A stretch of 24,000 bases of DNA from Vreelandella aquamarina (GCF_900110265.1 NZ_FODB01000019.1:5079-29078), one strand, 5' to 3'; positions 1 to 8,709 are shown, counted from the first letter of the stretch. The notes: a model not told the origin generated them from the sequence alone. Numbers and translations are program-made.

Positions 1-251
1 TGGTTAGCGAGATTACCCAACCCGAATTGACGCTAGAGCGCGCCAAGGCCATTGCACTTCATATCGCCTCCAAAGCACCGCTGGCGGTGCGCTTGGCAAG
101 GGAATCGCTGCACAAAGCGATGGATACCGATCTGGCCACCGGCCTGCGCTTTGAACGTCATGCGTTCACGTTACTGGCAGGCACTGCTGACCGTGAAGAG
201 GGCATTCGCGCCTTCCAAGAAAAACGACCTGCCACTTTTCAAGGGCACTGA
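1..251 (+). CDS. paaF: Enoyl-CoA hydratase/isomerase (crotonase) family protein, 3' end only, truncated by the window edge. Its position upstream of paaG suggests 2,3-dehydroadipyl-CoA hydratase PaaF.
   Basis: The frame of ORF 27..251 stays open back to nt 3. The C-terminal sequence ...GLRFERHAFTLLAGTADREEGIRAFQEKRPATFQGH is the typical crotonase C-terminus. It lies immediately upstream of paaG in the conserved paaFGHIJK order. Confidence 0.7.
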   Translation, partial: VSEITQPELTLERAKAIALHIASKAPLAVRLARESLHKAMDTDLATGLRFERHAFTLLAGTADREEGIRAFQEKRPATFQGH

Positions 252-267
252 CACAAGGATATTAACC

Positions 268-1059
268 ATGAGCCAAGCGCCCCTGCTTTACACCGTGGAG
301 GACGGCGTTGCTTGCATAACGCTGAACCGCCCCGACAGCCTGAACAGCTTCAATACTGAGATGCACGCCGAGATGCGCAAGACGCTCAAGGCTGTGCGCC
401 AGGACCCGAGCATTCGCGCTCTGTTGCTGACCGGGAGCGGCCGAGGTTTCTGCGCCGGCCAGGACCTTTCCGACCGTAGCGTAGCACCCGGCGAGGAAGC
501 TCCCGACCTAGGCGAGTCATTAGAGAAACGCTATAACCCCATGCTGCGCGCTCTAAAAGACATGCCCTTTCCCACCATCTGCGCAGTGAACGGCGTGGCG
601 GCAGGTGCCGGCGCCAACATTGCCCTGGCCTGCGACATCGTGTTGGCGGCGCGTTCGGCTAGCTTCATTCAAGCCTTTTGTAAGATCGGCTTGATCCCAG
701 ACTCTGGTGGTACCTGGACCCTGCCTAACTTAGTAGGTATGGCGCGCGCCAAGGGCTTGGCGATGCTCGGCGACAAACTCCCCGCTGAGACAGCCGAACA
801 ATGGGGCATGATCTGGCGCTGTGTTGATGATGAGGCGCTTCAAGAAGAAGCCATGACCATGGCTCGCCACTTGGCAACTCAGCCGACGCGAGGTTTGGCG
901 CTCATCAAACGCGCTCTGCACGCCAGCAGCGATAACAGCTTCAATGAACAGCTCGACCTGGAGCGCGACCTGCAGCGCTTGGCTGGGCGCTCCGAGGACT
1001 ACCGCGAAGGCGTCAGCGCTTTTATGGAGAAACGCCGCCCCACCTTCAAGGGAGAATGA
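268..1059 (+). CDS. paaG: 1,2-epoxyphenylacetyl-CoA isomerase / enoyl-CoA hydratase-isomerase PaaG
   Basis: The ORF track gives 52..1059, but the in-frame ATG at 268 (MSQAPLLYTVEDGVACITLNRP...) follows AAGGAT at 255-260 and gives a crotonase-length protein of 264 aa. The upstream part of the ORF overlaps the paaF 3' end. The crotonase motif GSGRGFCAGQDL is present. The gene sits in the paa gene order. Confidence 0.85.
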   Translation: MSQAPLLYTVEDGVACITLNRPDSLNSFNTEMHAEMRKTLKAVRQDPSIRALLLTGSGRGFCAGQDLSDRSVAPGEEAPDLGESLEKRYNPMLRALKDMPFPTICAVNGVAAGAGANIALACDIVLAARSASFIQAFCKIGLIPDSGGTWTLPNLVGMARAKGLAMLGDKLPAETAEQWGMIWRCVDDEALQEEAMTMARHLATQPTRGLALIKRALHASSDNSFNEQLDLERDLQRLAGRSEDYREGVSAFMEKRRPTFKGE

Positions 1060-1060
1060 G

Positions 1061-2608
1061 ATGTCAGCCCTTCCCATGTCCGCAGTTATTGGCGTGGTCG
1101 GCGCAGGTGCTATGGGTGCCGGTATCGCCCAGGTTGCCGCCCAGGCTGGCCATTCGGTGGTCTTGTATGACAATCAACCGGGTGCCGCTAACGCCGGTAT
1201 CGACAACATACGCCGCCAGTTAGAAAGGCGCGTCGCCAAAGGAAAGATGACTCAAGGCGATGTTATTAGCGTCATTGAGCGCTTGCAGCCTGCTGAGAGT
1301 ATGGATGCCTTGGCCCAGAGCCACTTGGTAATCGAAGCCATTCTTGAAGAACTTGAGATCAAGCGCCAGGTATTCGCCCAACTAGAAGCCCTGTGCTCGC
1401 CTGACACTTTGCTCGCCAGTAACACCTCGTCGCTGTCGATTACTTCTATTGCTGCGAACCTAGAACACCCCGAGCGCATGGCAGGGCTGCATTTCTTCAA
1501 CCCTGCTCCGGTAATGAAACTGGTGGAAGTGGTATCTGGTCTGGCGACAACCGTTGAGGTTGCTGACACCCTTTACGCTACCGCCAACGCTTGGGGCAAG
1601 ATTGCGGTGCATGCCAGCTCCACTCCTGGGTTCATCGTTAACCGCGTGGCGCGACCATTCTATGCTGAAGGGTTACGACTGTTGCAAGAAGGTGCTAGTG
1701 ATGCCGCCACTCTGGATGCGCTGCTGCGTGAGGCCGGCGGGTTTCGCATGGGCCCCTTCGAGCTGATGGACCTGATCGGTCATGACGTTAACTATGCGGT
1801 GACCCGCTCGGTGTTCGACGCTTATTACGGTGACACCCGTTTCAAACCCTCGCTGGTGCAGCACGCCTTGGTCGAAGCTGGACGCCTGGGACGCAAGTCT
1901 GGTCAAGGCTTCTTCGATTATCGCGAAGAACAGCAAGGAGGCGCTATCAAGCCTCAGCCCAACATCGCGCGCCCAGCGCAAGTTGAATTACCGCCGCTAG
2001 TGGTGCAGGGCGACCCTGGGGTGATCGCTCCGCTGCTGGAACGCGCCCAGGAAACAGGACTCGATGTGGTTCGTCGAGTATCGCTGCATCAGGACGGCAC
2101 GCCTCGCTTGCACCTAGGCGACCTAGTTATGGCACTCAGCGACGGGCGCTGCGCCACCGAACGCGCAGTCAACGAAGGGCTCGAAGCACTGGTGCTATTC
2201 GACTTGTGCTTGGACTACCGCAGTGCCAGGGCCATCGCGCTCTCTGCCAGCCACGCCACATCGCCCGAGGCCTGCCAACTGGCCACCGCCTTCTTCCAGC
2301 GTCTGGGAATGGATGTCGTCTGGCTGACCGATACGCCAGGTCTAGTGGTGTTGCGTACCGTGGCCATGCTCGCCAACGAAGCCGCCGATGCCGTATTGCA
2401 AGGTGTTTGCAGCGCCCAGGATGTCGACCTAGCCATGCAAGCTGGCGTTAACTACCCACGCGGCCCCTTGGCCTGGGCGGACTTGCTAGGCTTAGCCTTC
2501 GTCAACCGCACCCTCACGCACCTGCAGCAGAGCTACGGCGAAGAGCGTTATCGCAGCTCGTTCCTGCTGCGTCGCAACGCCCTGAGCGAGGAAAGCTTTC
2601 ATGAGTGA
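1061..2608 (+). CDS. paaH: 3-hydroxyadipyl-CoA dehydrogenase (3-hydroxyacyl-CoA dehydrogenase family) PaaH
   Basis: The in-frame ATG at 1061 follows GGAGAA at 1051-1056, 2 nt after the paaG stop. The N-terminal Rossmann motif VIGVVGAGAMGAGIAQ is present. The protein is 515 aa, comparable to Pseudomonas-type PaaH/PaaC. Its stop overlaps the paaI start (ATGAGTGA). Confidence 0.9.
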   Translation: MSALPMSAVIGVVGAGAMGAGIAQVAAQAGHSVVLYDNQPGAANAGIDNIRRQLERRVAKGKMTQGDVISVIERLQPAESMDALAQSHLVIEAILEELEIKRQVFAQLEALCSPDTLLASNTSSLSITSIAANLEHPERMAGLHFFNPAPVMKLVEVVSGLATTVEVADTLYATANAWGKIAVHASSTPGFIVNRVARPFYAEGLRLLQEGASDAATLDALLREAGGFRMGPFELMDLIGHDVNYAVTRSVFDAYYGDTRFKPSLVQHALVEAGRLGRKSGQGFFDYREEQQGGAIKPQPNIARPAQVELPPLVVQGDPGVIAPLLERAQETGLDVVRRVSLHQDGTPRLHLGDLVMALSDGRCATERAVNEGLEALVLFDLCLDYRSARAIALSASHATSPEACQLATAFFQRLGMDVVWLTDTPGLVVLRTVAMLANEAADAVLQGVCSAQDVDLAMQAGVNYPRGPLAWADLLGLAFVNRTLTHLQQSYGEERYRSSFLLRRNALSEESFHE

Positions 2609-3068
2609 TTCCCAACTGACCCCACAGCAGCTGGCGGAAGCCTGTGCCGAGGCAATGTTTGCCCGTGACCATGCCAGCCAAGGGCTAGGCATGCGCATAA
2701 CCCGTGTCGCCCCCGGCTTTGCAGAACTGACCATGACCGTGCGCCAGGATATGGTACAGGGGCACGGCAACTGCCATGGCGGGTTTCTGTTTGCCCTGGC
2801 CGACTCCACCTTCGCGTTTGCCTGCAACAGCTACGATGAAGCCACCGTGGCCGCTGGCTGCAGTATCGACTACCTCGGCCCCGGCCAGCTAGGCGACGAA
2901 CTGACCGCCACCGCCGAAGAACGTAGCCGCCGTGGGCGCACCGGCATTTACGACATTACGTTGCGCAATCAGCACGGCGATACCATTGCCTTGTTTCGCG
3001 GGCGTTCCTACAAAATTCGCGGCAGCGTACGCCGCCTGGAAGATACTGCTGTTGGAGATAACCAATGA
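2601..3068 (+). CDS. paaI: Phenylacetyl-CoA / hydroxyphenylacetyl-CoA thioesterase PaaI (hotdog fold)
   Basis: The protein is 155 aa. It has the PaaI-type motif [21 protein letters not shown]. The gene is translationally coupled on both sides, overlapping paaH by 8 nt and paaJ by 4 nt (ATGA). Confidence 0.85.
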   Translation: MSDSQLTPQQLAEACAEAMFARDHASQGLGMRITRVAPGFAELTMTVRQDMVQGHGNCHGGFLFALADSTFAFACNSYDEATVAAGCSIDYLGPGQLGDELTATAEERSRRGRTGIYDITLRNQHGDTIALFRGRSYKIRGSVRRLEDTAVGDNQ

Positions 3069-4270
3069 AAGACGCGCTGATCATTGATGCCATTCGTACC
3101 CCGGTAGGTCGCTACGGCGGTGCGCTTTCGAGCATGCGTGCCGATGACCTGGGAGCCATTCCTATGCGCACCCTGATGGAACGCAACCCGAGCGTCGACT
3201 GGTCGCTGATTGACGATATCTTTTACGGCTGCGCCAACCAGGCAGGGGAAGACAACCGCAACGTGGCGCGTATGTCCGCGCTGCTGGCCGGGCTTCCGGT
3301 CGAGGTGCCCGGCACCACCATTAATCGCCTTTGCGGCTCCGGTATGGATGCGATCGGCAACGCCGCCCGCACCATCAAGACCGGTGAAGCGGGGCTGATG
3401 ATCGCCGGAGGGGTGGAATCAATGTCCCGCGCGCCCTTTGTGATGGGCAAGGCGGAACAAGCCTTCTCACGCCAAGCCGATATCTTCGACACCACCATCG
3501 GCTGGCGCTTTATCAATCGCGCCATGAAAGCCCAGTTCGGCGTGGACTCCATGCCCGAAACAGCTGAAAACGTGGCCGAACAGTTTGGTATTTCCCGGGA
3601 AGACCAGGACGCCTTCGCCCTACGCAGCCAGCAGCGTACCGCCGCCGCTATCGAGGCTGGCCGCTTGGCCGAAGAGATTGTTCCGGTCGAAATCCCCCGC
3701 CGCAAACAAGACCCGCTGGTGGTGGATACCGATGAGCACCCGCGCGCTACCACAACTGCCGAGCAGCTTGCCAAGCTACCCACGCCCTTCCGCGAAGGCG
3801 GCAGCGTCACCGCCGGTAATGCCTCAGGCGTGAACGATGGTGCCTGTGCGCTGCTAATGGCATCTCCTGAGCAGGCCGAACGTTTCAGCCTCAAGCCACG
3901 TGCTCGTGTGGTGGGTATGGCCACCGCCGGGGTGGAGCCACGCATTATGGGGTTCGGACCCTCCCCGGCCACCCGCAAGGTACTCGCCCAGACCGGGCTG
4001 ACCCTCGATCAGATGGACGTTATCGAACTCAATGAAGCCTTCGCTGCTCAAGCGTTGGCGGTCATGCGCGACCTGGGCCTTAGCGATGATGCCGAACACG
4101 TTAACCCCAATGGCGGCGCCATCGCGCTAGGCCACCCGTTAGGCATGAGCGGCGCTCGGCTGGTCACCACGGCACTGCATGAACTCGAACGTCGGCAAGG
4201 GCGTTTTGCGCTATGCACCATGTGTATCGGGGTCGGACAGGGCATTGCTCTGATCATTGAGCGCTTATAA
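3065..4270 (+). CDS. paaJ: 3-oxoadipyl-CoA / 3-oxo-5,6-dehydrosuberyl-CoA thiolase PaaJ
   Basis: This is a 401-aa thiolase. The N-terminus [33 protein letters not shown] closely parallels E. coli PaaJ. The C-terminus has the thiolase motifs [20 protein letters not shown] and CIGVGQG. Confidence 0.9.
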   Translation: MKDALIIDAIRTPVGRYGGALSSMRADDLGAIPMRTLMERNPSVDWSLIDDIFYGCANQAGEDNRNVARMSALLAGLPVEVPGTTINRLCGSGMDAIGNAARTIKTGEAGLMIAGGVESMSRAPFVMGKAEQAFSRQADIFDTTIGWRFINRAMKAQFGVDSMPETAENVAEQFGISREDQDAFALRSQQRTAAAIEAGRLAEEIVPVEIPRRKQDPLVVDTDEHPRATTTAEQLAKLPTPFREGGSVTAGNASGVNDGACALLMASPEQAERFSLKPRARVVGMATAGVEPRIMGFGPSPATRKVLAQTGLTLDQMDVIELNEAFAAQALAVMRDLGLSDDAEHVNPNGGAIALGHPLGMSGARLVTTALHELERRQGRFALCTMCIGVGQGIALIIERL

Positions 4271-4276
4271 GCCGAT

Positions 4277-4315
4277 TTCATAGACCACTACTTCATAGAC
4301 CACAAACCAGACCAT
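4277..4315 (+). promoter_or_regulatory. Direct repeats TTCATAGACCAC x2 (4277-4288 and 4292-4303, period 15) plus a partial third copy CAGACCAT (4308-4315) in the paaJ-paaK spacer. This is a candidate regulator-binding site or internal promoter element.
   Basis: Two exact 12-mers separated by 3 nt can be read directly in the sequence. They lie 50-90 nt upstream of the paaK ATG. No function has been demonstrated. Confidence 0.3.
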
Positions 4316-4365
4316 GGCTCATAAAACGTTAGCCCAATAACAACTTGCTTGACCGGAGATCCCTG

Positions 4366-5679
4366 ATGAATCAGCCCGCTACGCGTATCGACTCTGCGAC
4401 TCTCGACCCCTTGGAAACCGCCAGCGTCGACGAGCTGCGCGCCACTCAGGTCAAGCGCCTGAAGTGGAGCCTGAAGCACGCTTACGACAATGTGCCGTTC
4501 TACCGCCAGTCTTTCGACAAGGCTGGGGTGCATCCCGACGATATCCAGACGCTGGCGGATCTCGCCAAACTGCCTTTCACCACCAAGGCTGATTTGCGCG
4601 ACAACTACCCGTTTGGCATGTTGGCCACGCCGATGAGCGAGATCGTTCGTATCCATGCCTCCAGCGGCACCACTGGGCAACCAACGGTGGTGGGCTACAC
4701 CCAGAAGGATATTGATGTGTGGTCCGATGTGGTGGCGCGCTCAATCCGTGCCGCTGGCGGCAGCCGCAACGACAAGGTGCATGTGGCATATGGCTACGGC
4801 CTGTTCACCGGCGGGCTGGGCGCCCATTACGGTGCCGAGCGCCTGGGCTGCGCGGTGATTCCCATGTCGGGCGGCCAGACTGAGAAACAGGTTCAGTTGA
4901 TTCGTGATTTCCAGCCGGACATCATCATGGTCACCCCCTCGTATATGCTCAACATCGCTGACGAGATGGAGCGCCAAGGCATCGACCCTCATACGCTGCC
5001 CTTGCGCACCGGCATTTTCGGTGCCGAACCTTGGACCGACAGCATGCGCACTGCGCTAGAGCAGCGTCTGGGCATCGACGCCCTCGATATTTACGGCCTC
5101 TCCGAGGTAATGGGTCCGGGCGTGGGCATGGAGTGCCTGGAGACTAAAGATGGTCCAACCATCTGGGAAGATCATTTCTACCCCGAGATCATCGACCCGA
5201 TCAGCGGTGAGGTTCTGCCAGACGGCGAATACGGCGAGCTAGTATTCACCACCCTAACCAAAGAAGGCTTGCCGGTGATTCGCTATCGCACCCGCGACTT
5301 GACCCGCCTGCTGCCGGGCACCGCGCGCCCCATGCGCCGCATCGACAAGATCACTGGCCGCAGCGACGACATGCTTATCATTCGCGGGGTGAACGTGTTC
5401 CCCACCCAGATTGAAGAGCAGTTACTCAAGATCGCGTCACTTTCTCCCCATTACGAGATCGAAGTCAGCCGCCAAGGCAATATGGACATGGTGCGGGTGC
5501 GGGTAGAGGCGAATCATCATGACATCGCCCGCGACCCCACGGCCTGTGAGCAAGCAGCGAAACAGCTACAGCATGCTATCAAAACGTACATTGGTATCAG
5601 CACCCAGGTTGAGGTGTGCCAGGTAGAGAGCGTGATGCGCTCGCTGGGTAAGGCCAGACGCGTTAAAGATCTGCGCTAA
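4366..5679 (+). CDS. paaK: Phenylacetate-CoA ligase PaaK
   Basis: The ORF track starts at a TTG at 4345. The ATG at 4366 is preceded by GGAGA at 4353-4357 and gives MNQPATRIDSATLDPLETASVDELR..., which matches the usual PaaK N-terminus. The AMP-binding motif SSGTTGQPTVVGYT and the sequence YGLFTGGLGAHYGAERLG are present. The protein is 437 aa. Confidence 0.9.
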   Translation: MNQPATRIDSATLDPLETASVDELRATQVKRLKWSLKHAYDNVPFYRQSFDKAGVHPDDIQTLADLAKLPFTTKADLRDNYPFGMLATPMSEIVRIHASSGTTGQPTVVGYTQKDIDVWSDVVARSIRAAGGSRNDKVHVAYGYGLFTGGLGAHYGAERLGCAVIPMSGGQTEKQVQLIRDFQPDIIMVTPSYMLNIADEMERQGIDPHTLPLRTGIFGAEPWTDSMRTALEQRLGIDALDIYGLSEVMGPGVGMECLETKDGPTIWEDHFYPEIIDPISGEVLPDGEYGELVFTTLTKEGLPVIRYRTRDLTRLLPGTARPMRRIDKITGRSDDMLIIRGVNVFPTQIEEQLLKIASLSPHYEIEVSRQGNMDMVRVRVEANHHDIARDPTACEQAAKQLQHAIKTYIGISTQVEVCQVESVMRSLGKARRVKDLR

Positions 5680-5681
5680 TT
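5476..5681 (+). repeat. Left copy of a direct repeat, formed by the paaK 3' end plus the stop codon. It is duplicated at 8446-8651.
   Basis: At an offset of 2970 nt, 5521-5681 matches 8491-8651 with only 2 mismatches (5583 A/G and 5589 C/T, both synonymous). Segment 5476-5520 aligns to 8446-8490 with about 8 mismatches in 45 nt. Confidence 0.95.
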
Positions 5682-5698
5682 CACCTATCTTAAAAGTT

Positions 5699-5735
5699 GC
5701 CTCCTCGTGCTGTGCCGCCTCAGCACGAGGATGGC
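5699..5735 (+). terminator. GC-rich stem-loop just after the paaK stop, with no U-tract. It could be a leaky terminator, an attenuator or an mRNA-stabilising hairpin.
   Basis: CCTCGTGCTG (5703-5712) and CAGCACGAGG (5721-5730) are perfect reverse complements around an 8-nt loop. The stem can be extended to GCCT.../...ATGGC with one bulge. The hairpin is followed by AGGCTTCGTTTATCG rather than a T-run. Confidence 0.35.
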
Positions 5736-5788
5736 AGGCTTCGTTTATCGTCGTGTTTCCCCCAGGCCAAAAATAAGGATAAACATTA

Positions 5789-8233
5789 ATGCAAAATGTT
5801 CGCCTGCCTACCCTAGTCGGCACCACTGCCCTCGCACTTTTGATCGGTGCTACAACACCAGTAGTGGCCGATGAGATTACTATTAAACGCGATAATTACG
5901 GCACTCCCCATATATTTGCCGATGATCGCTATGGACTGTTTTTTGGCTATGGCTACTCCATAGCCCAAGACAGGCTCTACCAGCTGGAGATAACTCGCCG
6001 CAGCACCCAAGGCAAGGTAGCCGAGGTGCTTGGTTCTGACTATCTCGATTTCGATATTGGCATCCGAAAACACTATGACCCAGCCAGCATACACGCCCAG
6101 CTAGAATCTTTGCCTGATGAGCAGCATGATATTCTCCAAGGCTATGCTGACGGCATCAACCGCTGGCTAGAAGCCATCGAAGCAAACCCAGAAACCCTGA
6201 TGCCGAAGCAATTCATTGATGCTGGCTTCGAGCCAAGCCCTTGGAGTTCATTCGACGTAGCCATGATCTTCATCGGCACTATGGTCAACAGGTTTGGCGA
6301 CTACAACACAGAGTTAGAAAATCAGCAAATTTTCATGAACTTAGTGGAGATGCATGGCGAGGAGAAAGGCCAAGCATTATTTGACCTTTTGCTGACTTTT
6401 TATGATCCAGCTGCACCAACTACCATTCCTCACGGTGACTGGGACCCACAGCTCAGGGATGGTGCATTTTCTCTGGATGATAAGACCAGCAAATCGATTA
6501 CTTTCTTCCAAGCCCCGGAAAATGAAACCTACCTCGCAGCAAGCGGAGGTACCTTACAGCTGCCTAATCTTTATGAGCGCCCTTTCAGCAACCTATTGAT
6601 TCTTGGTTCTGATCGCAGTGATAGCGCAGAGTCCATCCTAATTAACGGCCCACAATTTGGCTTTTACCAACCTGCTTATACCTATTCTGTAGGGCTGCAT
6701 GGCGCAGGATATAACGCTGTTGGAAATAGCCCCTTTGGCTACCCAATGATAATGTTTGGTCATAATGATTCAATCACTTGGGGCAGCACCTGGGGTGCCG
6801 CTGACAACGTTGATCTATTCCGCCTTGAGCTGGATCCCAGCGAACCGGAGCGCTATCTCGTAGGCGATGATTATCACGACTTGGACAGCCGCGTAGAAAC
6901 CATCAATGTGCGAGACCAGAAGAGCCATGAACTAACTGTGTATCGCTCCCACCACGGTGCAGTAGTTGACTACCGTCCTGACGAGGGTGTTGCATATGCC
7001 AAGGCCCGTGGCTGGGAAGGCCATGAGATGGCAACCCTTATGGCCTGGCACAATATTACTAATGCTAATAATCACGCCGAGTGGCTAGAAGAGGCTTCGA
7101 AGTCAGCAATCAATGTCAACTTGTACTATGCCGACAAAGAAGGAAACATCGCCTATGTAATGGGTGGTCGCTACCCCCAACGCGCTCCAGGACATGACGG
7201 CAGGCTCCCGGCGCCCGGCTATGGTAATTATGACTGGCCGGGATTCATGCCTTTCGAAACCAATCCACAGGTGATTAATCCTTCAACTGGCTATATTGCC
7301 AACTGGAACCAACGCGCAGCAGAGGGCATGCCAAATCCTGATATGTGGTGGTATGCATGGCATGAAGCGGATAGGGTCCAGACTTTGTTCGACTCTATCG
7401 AGGAGCAGGAAAGCTTCTCTGGACAAGAAGCCTGGGAGTTGATGATGGAGGCTTCCTTCATTGATCCCAGCGCACGCTTCTTCATTCCTAGGCTAGTAGA
7501 AGCAGTAGAAGCTGCTGATGCCCCCGAGCTGCTAGATGCCATCAAGCTTCTAGCCACTTGGGATCATCGCGAGATCGACCAAACTGGCGACGGTTACTAC
7601 GATTCTCCTGCCGTCCCGCTGTATAGAGCCTGGCTCATGCATCTTATTGAACAAATCTACAGCAACATTCTCCCTGAGGCTCATAACGCTTGGTTTCTTA
7701 ACACTGGACATTTAGAGCCCGGCGGCAGCTCTCCTGGCAGCACAAATATCTCGGTAGCTGCCAAGGTGCTCTATCATGCACTTCAGGGTGAGAGCGATAC
7801 TATTGGCTTCGATATTTTCGGAGGCAAAGACCCTAAAGTGCTGATGCGCAATGCTTTGACCGAATCTGTAGAGTCGCTAAAAGAGGAACAGGGAGATGAA
7901 ATGAGCGCTTGGCGTACCGCCGTTACTCATACTACCTTCTCCCACCTTAATTTCTTAAGAGTACCTCAAGCCGGTGAAGAAGAAGCGATACAAATACACC
8001 ATGCCATGAACCGTGGCACAGAAAACAACATGACCATCTTCTCTAATGGGCAGGTCTCAGGTTATGAAGTCGCCGCGCCAGGCCAGTCAGGCTTCATTGC
8101 GCCTGACGGCAACGCCTCACCTCACTATCAAGATCAACTGAACCTCTTCGAGACACTCGATAATAAGCGCATGTGGCTCACACCCGATGACATAAAATCA
8201 AATACCTCACACTCAGAGACCATAGAGTACTAA
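5789..8233 (+). CDS. pac: Penicillin G acylase (Ntn-hydrolase, penicillin amidase family) precursor with an N-terminal signal peptide
   Basis: The 814-aa protein is collinear with my recollection of E. coli penicillin G acylase. Shared blocks include KRDNYGTPHIFADD, GYGYSIAQDRLYQLE, RRSTQGKVAEVLG, ILQGYADG, NPETLMPKQF, FDVAMIFIGTMVNRF, INGPQFGFYQPAYTYSVGLHGAGY, GYIANWN, NISVAAKVLY, NRGTENNM and VAPGQSGFIAPDG. The predicted signal peptide is MQNVRLPTLVGTTALALLIGATTPVVA. The beta-chain N-terminal nucleophile is Ser267, in SNLLILG at nt 6587-6589 (E. coli has SNMWVIG). The RBS is AAGGA at 5775-5779. Confidence 0.9.
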   Translation: MQNVRLPTLVGTTALALLIGATTPVVADEITIKRDNYGTPHIFADDRYGLFFGYGYSIAQDRLYQLEITRRSTQGKVAEVLGSDYLDFDIGIRKHYDPASIHAQLESLPDEQHDILQGYADGINRWLEAIEANPETLMPKQFIDAGFEPSPWSSFDVAMIFIGTMVNRFGDYNTELENQQIFMNLVEMHGEEKGQALFDLLLTFYDPAAPTTIPHGDWDPQLRDGAFSLDDKTSKSITFFQAPENETYLAASGGTLQLPNLYERPFSNLLILGSDRSDSAESILINGPQFGFYQPAYTYSVGLHGAGYNAVGNSPFGYPMIMFGHNDSITWGSTWGAADNVDLFRLELDPSEPERYLVGDDYHDLDSRVETINVRDQKSHELTVYRSHHGAVVDYRPDEGVAYAKARGWEGHEMATLMAWHNITNANNHAEWLEEASKSAINVNLYYADKEGNIAYVMGGRYPQRAPGHDGRLPAPGYGNYDWPGFMPFETNPQVINPSTGYIANWNQRAAEGMPNPDMWWYAWHEADRVQTLFDSIEEQESFSGQEAWELMMEASFIDPSARFFIPRLVEAVEAADAPELLDAIKLLATWDHREIDQTGDGYYDSPAVPLYRAWLMHLIEQIYSNILPEAHNAWFLNTGHLEPGGSSPGSTNISVAAKVLYHALQGESDTIGFDIFGGKDPKVLMRNALTESVESLKEEQGDEMSAWRTAVTHTTFSHLNFLRVPQAGEEEAIQIHHAMNRGTENNMTIFSNGQVSGYEVAAPGQSGFIAPDGNASPHYQDQLNLFETLDNKRMWLTPDDIKSNTSHSETIEY

Positions 8234-8430
8234 AAACACTCAAAATCCCAAGTATTGGCTATCCATAACCAGTTCTAACTTTACGAGGTCGCTCTCGACT
8301 GCCTTTTGCCCCCGGCGCACCAGGCATAGCGTTCAGCGCCTTGACTAGTGCTGTTTCTGAGAGTGACTTGGGTGCACACCTGGAAAGGGAAATGTTAGTC
8401 GACGGCAAGAGTGTCTCCTGCAGAGGAAAT

Positions 8431-8649
8431 TTGAAGGAAGTCAAAGGCAATATGGATATGGTGCTTGTGCGTGTCGAGGCGAGCAATCATGACATCGCCC
8501 GCGACCCCACGGCCTGTGAGCAAGCAGCGAAACAGCTACAGCATGCTATCAAGACGTATATTGGTATCAGCACCCAGGTTGAGGTGTGCCAGGTAGAGAG
8601 CGTGATGCGCTCGCTGGGTAAGGCCAGACGCGTTAAAGATCTGCGCTAA
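8431..8649 (+). pseudogene. Orphan paaK 3' fragment, the right copy of the direct repeat, lacking the N-terminal ~370 codons
   Basis: It encodes ...EVKGNMDMVLVRVEASNHDIARDPTACEQAAKQLQHAIKTYIGISTQVEVCQVESVMRSLGKARRVKDLR*. The intact paaK tail reads ...EVSRQGNMDMVRVRVEANHHDIARDP...KDLR*. The last 161 nt are 99% identical and similarity decays upstream. There is weak in-frame protein-level resemblance back to about 8380 (HLEREMLV..KSVS versus QIEEQLLK..ASLS). No RBS or credible start is present. Confidence 0.85.
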
Positions 8650-8709
8650 TTTCGCCCCCTGCTTAACAGCGGCGCATCGCCATAGACCGAGACTGAAACT
8701 CAGACCGAC

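Noticed and set aside
52-267. Upstream extensions of tracked ORFs: 52..267 for paaG, 944..1060 for paaH, 4345..4365 for paaK, 10313..10330 for paaC, 11025..11153 for paaD, 11644..11772 for paaE, 22249..22287 for the small ORF and 18984..19028 for marR
   Set aside because: The extensions overlap the preceding gene in another frame and encode implausible sequence. Internal ATGs with Shine-Dalgarno motifs give N-termini that match known family members.
3223-3978. A 251-aa ORF on the - strand inside paaJ, plus similar long antisense ORFs at 730..1173, 4288..4680, 11896..12492, 12975..13355, 13622..14065, 9978..10310 and 19986..20507
   Set aside because: These are shadow ORFs opposite well-supported genes in GC-rich sequence. 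Their products are Arg/Ala/Ser/Pro-rich and low-complexity, no RBS is visible, and there are no recognisable motifs.
5680-8445. A search for transposase genes, IS-type terminal inverted repeats or integrase/att sites at the borders of the pac insert
   Set aside because: No mobility gene or terminal inverted repeat could be found by eye. The only boundary structure is the paaK-tail direct repeat, so the insert is not called a mobile element.
8341-8649. A 102-aa ORF that could be read as an independent small gene encoding a PaaK C-terminal domain
   Set aside because: It starts at a TTG with no RBS. Its N-terminal part is degenerate, and its conserved part is simply the duplicated paaK tail. 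It is better explained as a pseudogene fragment left by the insertion event.
8681-8688. A third occurrence of CATAGACC downstream of the paaK fragment matches the core of the direct repeats upstream of paaK (4279-4286 and 4294-4301)
   Set aside because: A single extra 8-mer match in 24 kb is within chance expectation. Only the adjacent exact 12-mers at 4277-4303 are treated as meaningful.
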